NCBI GenBank assembly: GCA_021159305.1
Contig: JAGGSB010000087.1
Coordinates: forward strand, 2,927-66,926
Length of the DNA stretch: 64,000 nt
Direction: 5' to 3'
From: Deltaproteobacteria bacterium
Lineage (GTDB): Bacteria > Campylobacterota_A > Desulfurellia > JAGGSF01
The notes under the pieces: model-generated
Seen by the model: the letters and a program-made list of their open reading frames with translations, nothing else
What the model was told of the DNA's origin: nothing
Databases searched by the model: none
In this document: one piece after another, positions 63,211-64,000 of the stretch
How positions within the stretch are numbered: position 1 is the stretch's first letter
How the letters are laid out: each line of letters begins with the position of its first letter
Made by a program: the position numbers and the translations under genes

Positions 63211-64000
63211 CTATTTCCCCAGGCAAAATGTAGAAAACATTTTATCTAACATATCTTCTGTGGTTACATTTCCTATCAACTCACCCAAAGCATCTATAAT
63301 AAACTGTATTTCTATAGAAATTAGAGCAGGGTCTATGTTGTCTTTAATGTGTCGTCTTAAAATCGGAATTTTCCCCATGGCTTTTTCTAATGTTTTCTTT
63401 TGTCTCTCATTTGTAACGGCAATCTCGCTGTCATTCACATTATAAGAAATAATCTGCCCGTAAATTTCCTTCTTCAATTTATCCAAGCCTCTGTTATCTA
63501 AAAGACAACCTTCTACTATGGGACATTGAGGGAAAAAATCTGCCAATTTCTCTTTATTTATTTTCTTGTCTAAATCTACTTTATTCGCAAATATAACCTT
63601 TCTGCAGGAGGCATTCTTCAGCAAATCTATAATAACTTTATCTTCCTCATCCAATTCTCTCGATACATCCAGAACAAAAACCACTATATCTGCTTTTTCT
63701 ATGGAATTTTTACTACGTTCTACTCCCAAACTTTCTATTAAACCTTCTGTTTTTCTTATACCTGCTGTATCTAAAATCCTAAACGGCACACCATTTAAAG
63801 TAATATATTCGGATATCACATCTCTCGTCGTACCGGGAATATCTGTTACAATCGCCCGTTCATCATTTAATAAAGCGTTGAGAAGAGAAGATTTGCCTAC
63901 ATTTGGTTTCCCCACTATAGACAAGGTAACGCCACTTACAATATTTATACCTATAGAGGCAGACTGCAAGAGCTTATCCAACACACCATAAATATCATCC
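63211..64000 (-). CDS. mnmE: tRNA modification GTPase MnmE (TrmE), C-terminal part; N-terminus lies beyond the window end
   Basis: G-domain IVGKPNVGKSSLLNAL, DTAGIR, and the characteristic C-terminal CLGK. The reading frame stays open to position 64000. Confidence 0.85.
   Translation of the reverse strand, partial: DDIYGVLDKLLQSASIGINIVSGVTLSIVGKPNVGKSSLLNALLNDERAIVTDIPGTTRDVISEYITLNGVPFRILDTAGIRKTEGLIESLGVERSKNSIEKADIVVFVLDVSRELDEEDKVIIDLLKNASCRKVIFANKVDLDKKINKEKLADFFPQCPIVEGCLLDNRGLDKLKKEIYGQIISYNVNDSEIAVTNERQKKTLEKAMGKIPILRRHIKDNIDPALISIEIQFIIDALGELIGNVTTEDMLDKMFSTFCLGK

Overview
This is a dense, AT-rich core chromosomal window with nearly all bases coding, probably from a thermophilic or anaerobic bacterium. 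I found no transposase, integrase, CRISPR array, tRNA or rRNA. It contains the classic origin-of-replication gene set dnaA-dnaN-gyrB-gyrA on the minus strand (11912-19167). The other housekeeping operons are pfkA/tsaD, ftsE-ftsX-envC-ctpA, split transketolase, hemA-hemC-hemD, ruvX-mltG-miaB, guaA, phoH-7TM_HD-ybeY, cysE, trpS, accBC, gap-pgk-tpi-secG, two ferredoxin-dependent 2-oxoacid oxidoreductase loci (iorAB, and a four-subunit OFOR followed by sucCD), an addB-addA pair, rsmG, purU and mnmE. Six items deserve a second look. (1) A molybdopterin-less operon of four redox subunits sits immediately upstream of dnaA: a NapC/NrfH-type tetraheme cytochrome c, a Tat-exported 4x[4Fe-4S] protein, an NrfD/PsrC membrane protein and a monoheme cytochrome c. 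It looks like a minimal alternative-complex-III or Nrf-like quinol:cytochrome c module. (2) The delta (ferredoxin) subunit of the OFOR operon is fused to a GltD/NfnB-like FAD/NAD(P)H oxidoreductase, which would couple the OFOR to pyridine nucleotides. (3) A small protein made of about five tandem ~33-aa LGASK repeats with no recognisable family sits next to addBA. (4) AddAB is compact, and AddB has lost its Walker A. (5) A degenerate DUF151-like ORF overlaps the miaB 3' end. (6) GC-rich hairpins and a Thermotoga-like box lie in the dnaA leader. I cannot say from sequence alone that any of these is truly undescribed. No obvious defence island or mobile element is present. I did not attempt genus-level identification.
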